Assembly: GCA_002104905.1 (NCBI GenBank)
Contig: MCFE01000268.1
Coordinates: 43,440-107,439 of the forward strand
DNA length: 64,000 nucleotides
Source of the DNA: Basidiobolus meristosporus CBS 931.73
Lineage: Eukaryota > Fungi > Basidiobolomycota
Direction: 5' to 3'
Shown here piece after piece: positions 22,964-36,224 of the stretch; the stretch's first letter is position 1; every line of letters starts with the position of its first letter. A model generated the notes under the pieces. The model was not told the origin of the DNA. It was given only the letters and a program-made list of their open reading frames with translations, and ran no database searches. The position numbers and the translations under genes are program-made.

Positions 22964-23694
22964 TAGACTTGTTCCATGGGATAGTGCCATATTGAGCCAT
23001 GAGTGCCAAATGATGCCTTAGTGTGCCAGGGAGGCCAAGTGAGCCATTACTTGGTCACCAAGTGTGAAACATAGCTCATCATCTGCATGCAAAGTTGCCC
23101 CTGTGTTCACCCATTGTGCTAGAGAAAATCCATTTTTTGACCTTTTTTTTTGATTAATGTTGTGCAGGATGTGTACAAGCACAGAAGGACTGAAATCATG
23201 CATCTGCTACTTAATACCCATGGCACTCTGAATCTAGCTGCTGTGGTTTGTATCATGTCACAAAAATACATACACTTTCTTGGTCTACTGGTACAATTGG
23301 GCACTATATCTTAATATTAGCCGCAAAGTAAAACCTATACAAAGCACCTATTGTGCCATATAGTAACAGTGGACCAAGATAGTGCAATGTATTTTTGTGT
23401 CATGATACAAGCCACAGGAGCTAGATTCAAAGTGCCATGCATATTAAGTACCAGAGGCATGTCTTCAGTCCTTCTGTGCTTTTATACATCTTGAGCAACA
23501 TTGCTCCAAAAAAAAGGTCAAAAATGAACTTTCTCTAGCACAATGGGTGAAACACAGGGGCTGCTTTGCATGAAGATGAAGAGCTCTGCTGCACACCCAG
23601 TGGCCAAATTTAGGTCTGCTATGCCTCTCTGGCACACATTGTCACTATCTGGCACTCATGACTTAATGTGGCACTATTCAACAGAACAGGTCTA
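22964..23694. mobile_element. Foldback/MITE, ~730 bp, with ~344-bp imperfect inverted arms (22964-23307 and 23350-23694)
   Basis: Left arm starts TAGACTTGTTCCATGGGATAGTGCCATATTGAGCCATGAGTGCC; the reverse complement of the right end reads TAGACCTGTTCTGTTGAATAGTGCCACATTAAGTCATGAGTGCC. The arms stay alignable to a ~42-nt central loop. Confidence 0.85.
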
Positions 23695-23783
23695 TTTGAT
23701 AGTTAGGACTGCTCAAATAGATGTAAAGCACATCAGGACTATCAAAAAGCCATGAAAATCTTGCTAAAAGGCAGCTCAAATAC

Positions 23784-23996
23784 TAGACTTGTTCCATTGT
23801 GCCATTGATCATAGTGCCAGAAAGTGCTGTATATTTTGTGATTACTTTGATACTTTAGGGTCATATACATGTCAATTTTGATCCCAAATTGGCACTGTAT
23901 GGCACCATCTGGCACTCTGTGGCATGATCAGGCACCATCTGGCATGCTATGGCACTATTGGGCACTATGATCAGCTGGAATGATGGAACAAGTCTA
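23784..23996. mobile_element. Short MITE (~213 bp) with TAGACTTGTTCCA TIRs
   Basis: TAGACTTGTTCCA...TGGAACAAGTCTA with internal GTGCCA/TGGCAC arrays; a second copy lies inverted at 43501-43713. Confidence 0.85.
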
Positions 23997-24191
23997 CTGT
24001 CATGATATTAGCTTTATTTGACTGTATACACTATTTGCATTGCAGTGAGACTTACTCTCATATATATGCTGACAAAATATAATATAAGGCTATCTGCCTC
24101 TGAGCTTAACCCTACTACAAACAACAGAAGTAAGAAAGATGGACAACAGCTTAATTTGACACTAAGGGTAACTAACAGGGCTTATCCTAGT

Positions 24192-25725
24192 GTCCAAATG
24201 AGAAATTACTGTGATGTTCCTCTCAAAAGGCTGCTACAAATATTAAGTCCTGTAACTAAGGGGCATTGATCCTATCAGAACACCATGCAACTATTGTCAA
24301 GAAATAATATCACCTAATATTTCACCAAAACCTGGTCAAAATTTCTCATCACAATAATACATAAGTGGCGTTTCATTGATTCACCCTCAATTCTCTCACT
24401 TACTGATCCCAGACACTCAATCACCACATACATTTGTGTATGTTGATTGGCTATTGCCTCTATCTCACCCTCCTTACTTCCTAACACTGCTAATATTCTT
24501 ACTTTTCATGCAAACAAGCTGTTTATTTGGTTGAAACTTCAATTATATCTTGATTGCCAATTGTATTGACCTATGCAAGTCCCTATATCCTACACTAACA
24601 TTAAGCCCAACCCCACACTCAACAAGTGTTTCTGATGTAATGCACTGATTCAATGACTTTGGCAGGAACCCGGCAGCTTTATATCATTGTTCATTCACAG
24701 GTTCTTATACATCCTGATCTTCAGCCAGCACTGCAAGGTTTATTACCTCATCTGCTAGTCATTGCAATGAATCCTTGTAATATTCAAGTGCATTTTCCTG
24801 AGCACTGCACTTGAAGATGTCCTGCAACCTCTTGTTCTCCCTATCAATGCTCCAAAGTTCCACCAAAGGCATTGCAATAGTCTTTTGAGTTCTTGACATT
24901 CTTACCTTGTTTGTCAGTGGCATCTCCACTCTGTCAACAATGGAGGATATGAAGGCTGTGGCAGACAAAATGCTTTTCTCTACAAACTCATCTACCTCAC
25001 AGGAGTGTAGTTCAACTAGCTGCACCTCCAACGTTTGAGAAAATAGCCACTTTCTTGTTGGTAACCGTCCTTGGCTAAGATGGGATTCAGTTTGTTCTGG
25101 GCTTCCTGTGTTGATTGGCAACAACTACCACTTTTTTTCTTGCTTTCCTGTCTCTAGCTTGGGTAGACATTTCCCTTTACCTCCATGTTTATCACTGCTA
25201 CTTTGTCTGAGTGCTTTGTGTATTGAACTATATACTTTCCTTAATAAATTCTGCTCTGCAGCATCTGTTTTGGCCCACATGTCCCATATGGGCACTCTCC
25301 TGGCAACCTGTGTTTCTTTCCTGTTTGTTTGGAGCTCTCAGTCTTGGTTGTGGTAGGCTCCTAGGGTAGCTGCTGGTTTTTATCACTGCCAGGTCATTCA
25401 CTGCTACTTTGACTGAATGCTTCTTGAGTGTAACTATACTTTCTCCATGGTAAATGTTGTCCTGCGGCATATGTGTCTGCCTGCTTGTCCCATACTGGCA
25501 TTGTTCCAGCTAGCTAACACTCCTTGATGCTTGTTTCAAATTTTTGGCTGGGCTTGTAACAGACTTGTAAGGAAGCCACTGGTTTTTGGTCATTGCCCCC
25601 ATGTTTTTTGGCTCTTTTACTTTCTTGGCATACCAATGCTTGACCAATATCTGTTTGCTTGTTAGAATCCGGAATAATGCTCATGGAACAAGTTAGGTGC
25701 ATTCTACTTGGCCTTGAGCTCCTGA
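24192..25725 (-). mobile_element. CMC/CACTA left-end fragment carrying the 3' part of the accessory ORF (minus strand)
   Basis: Degenerate TIR GTCCAAATGAGAAATTACTGTGATG; collinear with 36780-38250; cut off by a gypsy LTR at about 25725. Confidence 0.75.
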
Positions 25726-26171
25726 TGTAATCAAATGAGTCATCAGCCACAACCTATATTAGGAAATAAGATTAGTCAGCAATTGATTTGGCAAGATGTA
25801 TATAACAAGCTCCTGGAATCTCAGTAAAAATCAGTTCAAGTTTTAGTGAATACAATACTAGCTAAACTCACTATTCCTCTACAACTCTTATATCAAGACT
25901 TGTAACATTGGTAGCAGCAATAATCAGAAATTTCCCAAAGAAAGAAGAAGCCTCTCTCAAGATGTCCAAAAATTATGAATGGTAAGATGCTATGCAGCAA
26001 ATCCAGGCCCAGCAGCAACAGTTACTCCAGATCCTAAGCCAGCAGCAACAAGAAAAGACTACAGTGGCCCAAAGCCAGCAAAATCCTGTCAAGAGCAACT
26101 TTAGTGTGAAGGTCAACCAGACCATGGTAGAGTCAATGAAAACCTGGGAACTTAGCTCTTCCAGATTGAGG

Positions 26172-26540
26172 TGTTAAGATCTGCTGCTTGAATGATTAAG
26201 TTAGATCAGTCTTTAGTCAAATCAATTAGCTATATGTTTAGGATATCAGTATATCAGTATTATCTATCAAATCAGTAGCATTGGTCAGCAAATGAATCAG
26301 CACATCCTTATCAGACAGAAGTAGATATATTAGATAGGATCTTATGGGGTGATGATGATGCAATCAAATGAGTCATCAGCCACAGCCTACATTAGGAAAT
26401 ATAATTATTCAGCAATTGATCTGGCAAAATGTATATAAGGAGCTGCTGGAATCTCAATAAAGATCAGCTCAAGTTTTAGTGAGTACAATACTGGCTAAAC
26501 TCCCTATTCCTCTTCAACTCTTATACCAAGACTTGTAACA
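26172..26540 (+). repeat. Gypsy B 5' LTR (369 bp)
   Basis: Direct repeat with 31811-32190; followed by the PBS. Confidence 0.95.
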
Positions 26541-28120
26541 TTGGTAGCAGCATTAACCACAAACATCCCTCCTGAAGAAAGAAGATGCCTCCCTCAAGAT
26601 GTTTAAAAATCAAGAATGGAAGAATGCTATGCAACAAATCCTGGCTCAGCAGCAACAGTTACTCCTGATCCTTAGCCAGCAGCAACAAGGCATGAGTACC
26701 ATAGCCCAAAGCCAGCAAAAACCTGTCAAGAGCAACTTGAGTGAGAAGGTCAACAGGTACCTTGGTAGAATCAATGAAAATCTGGGAATTTGGCTCTTCC
26801 AGATTGAAGAAGTTTTCAAAGCTAAGGGAACTGCTCCAGAAAGCAAGTTACATTATGCAGCCTCCTACCTGGCAGACACAGCTTTACAGTGGTGCCACAA
26901 CAAGATCAGGTCAGCCACCATGATGGGATGCTCTACAATCTATACCTGGGATGAGTCTGTGTCAGAAATTCAGGATGGCTTTGAACCCCCACACCAACAG
27001 ACACTACTCAGAAGAAAGCTGAAGACACTAAGACAGAAAGGCATGATCCTAGAGTACATCTATGAATATTGAGGTCTACTGGGGCAAACTGAAAGAATGG
27101 ACCCTCTGGATCAAGTTAAATATTTTATTGATGGTTTGAAAGAAAGAACTTGTAAGGAAGTGAAATATCAAAGACCTCAGACTATTGAGGAAGCCATCAA
27201 AGTTACCATTGACTATGACTCAGCAATATCTGGAGTTGGGAAGCCCACAAGGACTAATCAGACAGGCTACCATCACTATGAAAGAAGACAATCAGAAGCA
27301 GTGCTAATAGAGATAGACACTATGCAGAAGAATCCTACCTCAGAAGAATACAAGAAGAAAGGACTTTGCTTCAATTGCAACCAGCAGGGACATATTGCAA
27401 AGTACTGCCCTCAGAGTAGAAATGGACACCAGCCATCAAGAACCTTCAACTATATTGATGCCCTGGAGCAAAGTAACATGGAGGATGAACTTGAAAAAGA
27501 CTCAGGACTCACCTTCCATATGACAGAGGAATACCTATCCCAGATGACCTCAAACTTGGGAAAGCTATTATACTTGAATGGAATAATCAGTGGAGTACCT
27601 GCCAAAATCATGATTGACTCAAGAGCATTGAATGAGTACAAGTTAGAGCAGTTTGCTTTGAAAGCTGGAATCAACTCAGAACCCACCAAATCAGCTTCAG
27701 TCTCAGCAGCTGATGGCAACTCTCACATAATCAACCGTATTACTCAGCCAGTAAGGATGAAGATCAATGCCTATGAAGAAGATCTACAGGCCTATATATT
27801 TGGGAACTGCAGGTTTGACCTTGTACTTGGGAAAACCTGGCTATTTTGTTGTAATCCATCAACCAACTGGAGAACCCATGCTACTCAGATCTAGAAGGAC
27901 AACAAGACCTATGACCTATTACCTGCCAGATTGGATCTTAACTTGGTCAATTCCAATGTGTGTGAAACAAGTGAACTTAGCAAGACACAGTTCTGTAGAG
28001 CACTAAGAAAAGGCACCCAGATGTTCCTCATGGCAGCATTACAGTAGGATTCCTCTACTCCAGTACCCCATAAGGTTCAAAATCTTTTAAAGGAGTATTC
28101 AGACAAATTTCCAGAAGCGC

Positions 28121-29191
28121 TGTGGTGGTGTATAAGTCCAAGGGAGAGATACGTCCAACACTTCTCAAGTGTTTTGTGTGTGGGGTGTTCACTGGGTGCG
28201 ATAACCTCTGGCAAAAGCTTGCTAGGAATACTTGGGTTCTGTCTCTAATCTAATGTGAAGGGGAATAAAGCCACAAGCTTGTCAAGGGAAAACTACTGAG
28301 CTACAATCCCCAACTTAGTTGGCGTCTTAACAAAAGTATGTGCTGGGTTCAGCGTCCTTTGAGATGACAATGTACTAAAGCTTCCAAAGTCAAAACAACT
28401 GTAAACTCCACCAGCAGGGACTTGATAAGAATGCAGCTTTGGTCAATAGTTACAAAGACAGAAAAGTATCTTTGCCTGTACAAGAACAAACTTGGGAAAG
28501 AATCAAATATAATAAAAGATACCTACTCTGAGTATTCCTCACAAGTAGTGCCTCCAAGGTCAGTTGGCTGTCAGCGTGGTTTCCTGGGAGTGTCCTGTGG
28601 TCTAGGGTTGGAAGTTCAGGTAGCAGCAGGTAGCAGTGATCACACTAATCAACAAGTCGGTATATTGATAAAAGGGATGATGATTTATTGTTGAGGGATA
28701 GCCTCCCTTATATACTTTTCTTACCGGCTAAGTGATTACTAATCATGGTGTTCCAGAAGGTTCCGGAGATCAATAGAAATCTTAATGACGTCAGAATGAC
28801 CTAAGAATGTTCTAAGTAGGTGCCAGAAGGTTCTAAGAGGCACAGCACATCCAACCAATCAGGAATCAGTATTCTGAAACCTGTGTAACATGGGGATACC
28901 ATATATGGTATGGAAATGGTAGGGATGGTGACACGGGCTGATCATGTGTCACGGGTACTGGCGCGGGTACTTGCCTAATATAGCAGTACTTATAGCTAGT
29001 AATCTTACATAAAGTTAGGGGTAACTTATGCAATAAGGTAAGCAGGTGTGATAGTCAACCGGCTTATGGGATAGTACTGATTGGGTAAGACAAATGGGAT
29101 AAAACTAAAATAAGTGTAGTAGAGATATAGGGAAGTAGAAAATAAGGGAATGAGCACATCTGTCAGTGGGTGTCACTGTCACCCCACTACA
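28121..29191 (-). mobile_element. Solo LTR (1071 bp) of a third retroelement family, inserted in gypsy B pol, with a GCGC target-site duplication
   Basis: GCGC|TGTGGTGG...CCCCACTACA|GCGC. Removing it restores the reading frame [16 protein letters not shown]-like GTATATAAGGGAGG and AATAAA lie on the minus strand. A second copy is at 41188-42236. Confidence 0.85.
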
Positions 29192-31810
29192 GCGCTTGTA
29201 AGCCTACCACTAGTCAGAGACCTGGATCATGCCATTGAAACAGGAGATAGCTCTCCAGTGAGTAAGTCACCTTACAGAATGAGTCCATTGGAGTTGGAAG
29301 AGATGAAGAGACAAATAGATCAGTTACTGGAGCAAGGATATATCAGACCCAGCAAGTCACCTTGGGGAGCACAGGTACTTTTTGTGAAGAAGACAGATGG
29401 AACACTCAGGATGTGCATTGACTACAGAGCCCTCAACTCAGTTGTTGTGAAAAATAAGTACCCCATACCTTGGATTGATGAACTCTTAGACCAACTCAAT
29501 GGAGCCACCATTTTCAGCAAGATTGACCTCATGTCAGGATACAACTAGATTAGGGTGAAGCCAGAAGACATCCCTGAGACAGCATTCAGGAGCAGATATG
29601 GACATTACAAGTACTTAGTCATGAGTTTTGGCCTCACCAATGCCCCTGCAACATTCATGACCCTGATGCAGGCTGTCTTCCAGGAGTACTTAGACAAGTT
29701 TGTCATAATCTACCTAGATGATATATTAATATACAGCAAGACAGAAGAGGATCACATGGTGCACATTAAAAAGGTCTTGAAGAAGCTAAGAGAGAACAAG
29801 CTTTATGGCAAGCTACCCAAGTGTGAACTCTTTGAGGAACTTGTTGAATATCTGCAACACAAAGTGACTAGCACAGGAGTAACCTTAGACCCTAAGAAGG
29901 TTGAAGTTTTCAAGAATCTGAAGCAGCCCCATAGCATACCAGAGCTCCAATCATTCCTTAGAATGGTTTCCTATGATTGGAAATTTGTCAAGTCCTTTGC
30001 AAGTATTGCAGCCCCTTTAACTGATATCCTCAAGAAAGACAATACCTACAGGTGGGACATAGCTTGTGAAACTTCCTTTCAGACACTCAAGAATGAGCTT
30101 GCTAAGCTGCCAAGCTTAAGAATACCTGACTTCAGAAAAGAGTTTACTCTGTGCACAGATGCTTCAGATTATGCAATTAGTGGAGGGTTGGCCAAGAACA
30201 CAAAGAAAGGACTACCCTGTTGCCTTTGAATCCAAGAAACTGAACTCAGCAGAACAAAACTATTCAGTGAATGAGAAGGGGATGCTTGCTATAAAACACT
30301 GTTTGAAGAAATGGAGATGCTATATTGAAGGAGGCAAATGCACTGTAAAGACAGATCATGCCTTGATCAAGCATATATTTACTCAGAAGATACTCTCTAG
30401 ATGAATGACAAGATGGAGTGAATACATTCAGCAATTTGACTTGAAGATTGTCTACTGCCCTGGAAAAAACAACATGGTTGCTGATGCCTTATCAAGATTA
30501 GATCAAGTTGCACAACTCAACTAGGTGCATGAATTAGATTGGCCTAGCCTATTATCAAAGTACTTGAAGGACCAAGCCATTCCTAATGAGGTGGATGAAG
30601 ATATCAAGAAGAAAATCTGGGATGAAGCCAGCAAATGTGTAGTATAGGAAGAAACACTCTACCAAACTGTTGATGGATGCCCTATTGCCTATTGCCTTAT
30701 GTTTCTTGCCTGGATCTAATACATAAGCTACACAATGGATATGGATATCTTGGAATTGAAGGAACCTATAGCATTGTGAAAGCCAGAGTATAGTGGCTCA
30801 GAATGAAACATGACATTGAGAAGCAGTGAAAACATGCACAAATTGCCAAATCAACCAAGGCCAATGACAGAGAACTGCTGAACTCTTTCCCTTAAGGCCT
30901 GTAAGACCATTTGAAGGATGGGGAATTGACTTTATTGGAAGACTGCCAACTACCAGGAAATGCAACCGGTGGATCCTAGTAGCAATTGGCCATGCCACTA
31001 AATGGCCAGTGGCTAAAGCCTACCTATAGCCAGTGAACAAGAAGTTGCAAGCTTCATCTACCATGAGATCCTTGTGAAGCTTGGATGCCCTGTAGAGATT
31101 CTATCCAATAGAGGTGCAAACTTTATAGCAAAGATGTTGGAATCTTACCTGGAAATGCAGCAGATCAAACACTTGAAAACCTTGGCATATCACCCCAGAA
31201 CTAATGGAGTCACCAAATGGTTTAATGGATTATTTGGAAAAATGCTGACCAAGTATGCAAATGGAGCTGTCAGTAGATGGGATGAGTATATAGACCAAGC
31301 ACTCTTTGCACGCAGAGTCAGAGTAAACAATACCACCCAGCAATTGCCATTTTACTTAGTGTATGGATGTGAACCAAGGATTCCAGGAGATCTCACACAA
31401 CCAAAGCTTACAGACACCTTAGAAGAAGAACTCAGTCAGCCAAGTAGACACCAGCAACTGGAACAAAGATGTCAAGAGGTACAGAACAAAGTATCTCAAA
31501 GTGCAGAAAAGATGAAGCAGAGAATCAATAGGCTATAGCACCAGAAGCATTGACAGTTGGGAACTTTGCATTGCTAAGAAACAACACTTGGAAGAAGATT
31601 GAGCCACAATGGACAGGACCATTCAAGATCATCAGAGAATGTCCACTTGCAACTTATCAACTAGTGGATAAACAAGGCAATATCCTGGAAGACTTAGTGC
31701 ATAGGGACATACTCAAGCTTGCAAGACTGGCTGATAATACTGAACCATCAAGATATTGGTATCACAAGAAAGAGATTCAGGAGAGCCCTCTCAACTTTAG
31801 CAGGGGAGAA

Positions 31811-32190
31811 TGTTATGATATGCCGCTTGAATGTCTAAGTTAGATTGGTTTTTAGTCAAATCAACTATTTATATGTTTTGATATCACTATATCAGTATTT
31901 TCTATCAAATCAGTAGCATTAGTCAGCAAATGAATCAGCAGATCCTTATCAGACAGAAGTAGATATATTAGATAGGATCTTATTGGGTGATGATGATGCA
32001 ATCAAATGAGTCATCAGCCACAGCCTACATTAGGAAATATAATTAGTCAGCAATTGATCTGGCAAAATGTATATAAGGAGTTGCTGGGATCTCAATAAAG
32101 ATCAGTTCAGGTATTAGTGAGTACAATACTGGCTAAACTTCTGGCTAAACTCCCTATTCCTCTACAACTCTTATACCAAGACTTGTAACA
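31811..32190 (+). repeat. Gypsy B 3' LTR (380 bp)
   Basis: Follows the PPT; carries a short tandem duplication CTGGCTAAACTT-CTGGCTAAACT relative to the 5' LTR. Confidence 0.95.
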
Positions 32191-35100
32191 GAAGTAACTT
32201 TCAAGGCTAAGAGTATTGCTCCAGAAAGCAAGTTGCATTATACAGCCTCTTATTTGGCAGATGCAGCTTTACAGCAGTACCACAACAAGATCAGGTCAGC
32301 CATCATGATAGGATGCACTATAATCTCTACCTGGGATAAGTTTGGGTTGGAAATTCAGGATGCATTTGAACCACCACACTAGCAGACACTACTAACAAGA
32401 AAGATGAAGACACTCAGACAGAAAGGAATGGTTCAAGAGTACATATATGAATATAGATGTCTACTTGGACAAATTGAAAGAATGGACCGCCTGGATCAAG
32501 CGGAATACTCTATTGATGGACTGAAATAAAGAACTTGCAAGGAAGTGAATTATCAAAGACCTCTGACTATTGAAGAAGCCATCAAGATTGCTATTGATTA
32601 AGACTCAGCTATATTTGGAATTGGAAAGCCCACAATGACTAGTCAGAGAGGCTACAATCACTTTGAAAGAAGACAATCAGAAGCAGTGCCAATGGAAATA
32701 GATGTTAAGCTGAAGAATTCTACCTTAAAAGAATGTAAGAGGAAAGGACTTTGCTTTAATTGCCACCAGCATGGACATATTGCAGAGAGGAAATGGACAC
32801 TAGCCATTAAGAACCTTCAGCCCTATTGAAGCCTTTGGGCATAGTAACATGGAGGATGAACTTGAAGATGACTCAAAACTTAACTTCCATATGACAGAAG
32901 AAAACGTATCCCGGATGAACTCAAACTCAGGAAAGCTATTATACTTTGATGGAGTAATCCATGGAGTACATGCCAAGATCTTGATTGATTCAGGAGCATT
33001 GCATGAGTACATGTCAGAGCCATTTGCTTTGAAGGCTGGAATCCACTTGGAACCCTCCAAATAAACTTAAGTCTCAACAGCAGATGGGAACTCTCACATA
33101 ATCAACAGCATTACTCAGCCAGTATGGATAAAGATCAATGACTAGGAGGAAGACCTAGAGGCCTATATATTTGGGATCTGCAGGTTTGACCTTGTACTTG
33201 GAAAAACCTGGCTATTATGTTGTAATCCATCAATCAACTGGACAACCAGTTCTACTCAAATACAGAAGGATAACAGGACTTATGAGCTATTACATGACAA
33301 ACTGGATCTCAACAATTCCAGTGTGTGTGAAGCAAGTGAACTTGGCAAGACACAGTTCTTTAGAGCACTTAAAAAAGGCACACACATGTTCCTCAAGGTG
33401 GTATTATAGGTGGATCCCTCCCCTCCAGCACCTCAGAAGGTCCAGACTCTCTTGAAGGGATACTCAGACATTTCTTCAGATGAACTTGTAAACCTACCAA
33501 CAGTCAGAGACATAGATCATGCCATGGACTCAGGAGATAGCACTCTAGTGACTAAGACACATTGCAGAATGAGTCCATTGGAGTTAGAAGAGATAATACC
33601 GTATTCAGCAAGATTGACCTTATGTCAGGATACAGCTAGATTATGGTGAAGCCAGAAGACATCCCTAAGACAGCAATCAGGAGCAGATATGGACATTACA
33701 AGTACTTAGTAATGAGTTTTGGCCTTATCAATGCCCCTGCAACATTCATGACCCTGATGCAGACTGACTTCCAGGAGTACTTAGACATATTTGCAATAAT
33801 CTACCTAGATGACATATTGATATACAGCAAGACATAAGAGGATTACTTGGTGCACATTGAAAAGGTCTTGAAAAAGCCTAGAGAGAGCAAGCTACATGAC
33901 AAGCTAGCCAAGTGCAAGTTCTTCAAGGAATAAGGTGAGTATCTGGGATGCATAGTGACTAGCAAAGTAGTGACCTTAGATCATAAGAAGTTTGAAGTTA
34001 TCAAGAATCTGAAGCAGCCCCATAGCAAACCAGAAATCAGATCATTCCTAGGAATGGTTTGTATTATTGGGGACTTGTCAAATCCTTTGCAAGTATTGGT
34101 ACCCCTTTGACTGATATCCTGGAGAAAGACAACACCTACAAGTGGGACATAGCCTGTGAGACTGCCTTTCAGATGCTCAAGAAAGAACTTGCTCAGCTGC
34201 CAAGCTTAAGAATACCTGCCTTCAGAAAAGCATTTACTCTGTGCACAGATGCTTCAGACTATGCAATTGGTGGAGTGTTGAGCCAGGAACACAAGGGAAA
34301 GGCCTACCCAGTTGTCTTTGAATCTAAAATACTGGACTCAGTAAAACAAAATATTCAGTGCATGAGAAGGAGATGCTTGCTATAATACACTGCTTGAAGA
34401 TATCGGGATGCCCTATTGAAGGAGTCAAATTCACTGTGAAGCCTGATCATACCTCCCTCAAGTTTACATTCACTCAGAAGGTACTCTTCTGAAGAATGAC
34501 AAGATGGAGTGAAAACATTCAGCAATTTGATTTGGAGGTTGTCTACTGCCCTGGAAAAAACAATATGGTTGCTGATGCCTTATCACAATGAGAACAAGTT
34601 GCACAACTCAACTTGGTGCATGAATCAGATTGGCCTAGCTTATTACCAAAGTACTTGGAGGACCAACACATTCCTAATCAGGTGGATGAAGAGATCAAGA
34701 AGATAATCCAGGATAAGCCAACAAATTTGTGGTACAGGATGAAACTCTCCACTGAATTGTTAATGGAAGCCCTATTGCCTATTGCCCTTATATTTCTTGC
34801 CTGGATTTAATACATAAGCTACACAATGGATATGGACATATTGGAATTGAAGGAACCTATAGCATTGTGAAAGCCAGAGCATAGTGGTGCAGAATGAAAC
34901 AAGACATCAAGAAGCTAGTGAAAACATGCCCCAATTGCCAAATCAACAAAGGCCAACCATAGGGAATTGACAAACTTTTTCCATTGGAACCGGTAAAACT
35001 ATTTGAAAGATGGGGAGTTGACTATATTGGAAAACTGCCAACTACCTGGAAATGCAACTGTTGGATCCTAGCAGCAATTAGCCATGCCACTAAATGGCCA

Positions 35101-36224
35101 GTGGATAAAGGAGCACCTGTAGCCAGTGAACAAGAAGTTGTAAGTTTCATCTACCATGAGATCCTTACAAAGTTTAGATGTCCCAACCAAGGTCAACCAC
35201 AGAAAATTGCTGAACTCTTTCCACTGAATGAAACAATTTATTGAGAAGCTAGTGAAAACATGTCCAAGTAGCCAAGTCAACTAAGGCCAAACACAGAGAA
35301 TTGCTGAACTCTTTGCTAGGAGCCTGTGAGACCAATGGAGAGATGGGAAATTGACTTCATTAGAAGACAGCCCATCACTAGACAATGCAATTGGTGGACT
35401 CTAGTAGCAGTTGAACCTGCCACTAAGTGGTCAGTTGGTAGAGATGTATTAGCAGCCAGTGAACAAGAATTTGCAAGCTTCATCTATTATGAGATCTTGA
35501 TGAAGCCTGGATGCTCTGTGGAGATCTCATCTGATAGAGGAGCAAGCTCTATGGGAAGAATGCTGTAAGCTTACCTGGTAATTCACCAGGCCAAACATTT
35601 GAGAACTTTGGCATGTCACCCTAGAGCTAATTGAGTCAATGAGTGGTTTAATAGATTATTTTAAAAAATACTAACCAAGTATATCAATAAAGCTGTAAGT
35701 AGGTGGGACAAATATATTGACCAAGCACTATTTACCTGCAGAGTAAGGGTGAGCTACACTACTCAACAATTGCCATTGCACTGGGTGTTTGAATGCAAAC
35801 CAAGTATTTCAGGATATCTTATACTGACAGAACTCACCAGCAGCTTGGAGGAAGATATCAGTCAGCTTAGTAGACACCAACAATTGGAACAAAAGCATCC
35901 AAAGGCACAGGCCAAACTCATTGATAGTGCAGAAAAGATGAAACAAATGTTTGGTAAGACCATATCACCAGAGGCTTTGACAGTTAGAAACTTTATGCAG
36001 CTAAGAAACAAAACTTGGAAGCAGTTTGAGCCACAATATGAGATTATCAGAAAATGTCCATTTGCAACTTACCAATTGGTAGACAAACAAGGGAATGTTT
36101 AAGAAGTTCTAGTTGATAGAGGCACTCAGGCTTGCAAGACTTATTGCCAAAGCTAAACCATCAAGATACTGGTTCAGCAAGAAAAGAGATTTAGAAGAAC
36201 ACTCTTAGATTTAGTAGGGAAGAA

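Larger units (their letters stand above)
26172..32190 (+). mobile_element. Ty3/gypsy element B (younger, inner copy), full structure, inactivated, no chromodomain
   Basis: LTRs 26172-26540 and 31811-32190 (TGTTA...TAACA), PBS TGGTAGCAGC 26542-26551, PPT AGGGGAGAA 31802-31810. Gag has a Q-rich N-terminus and CFNCNQQGHIAKYC; protease IMIDSRA; [32 protein letters not shown]; RNase H TDASDYA; integrase; GPF motif. Confidence 0.95.

Noticed and set aside
23784-23996. CRISPR-like or satellite array suggested by recurring GTGCCA/TGGCAC motifs
   Set aside because: The motifs are 6 bp, irregularly spaced and enclosed by TIRs in eukaryotic DNA with no cas genes. They are MITE subterminal repeats.
28422-28694. 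env-like or captured ORF inside the 1.07-kb insertion
   Set aside because: It is short, starts at a non-ATG codon, is not preserved as an ORF in the second copy (41188-42236), and the insertion has LTR termini and a TSD.
31550-31843. Chromodomain at the gypsy integrase C-terminus
   Set aside because: The GPF motif is followed by only ~50 aa before the PPT, with no chromodomain aromatic-cage pattern.
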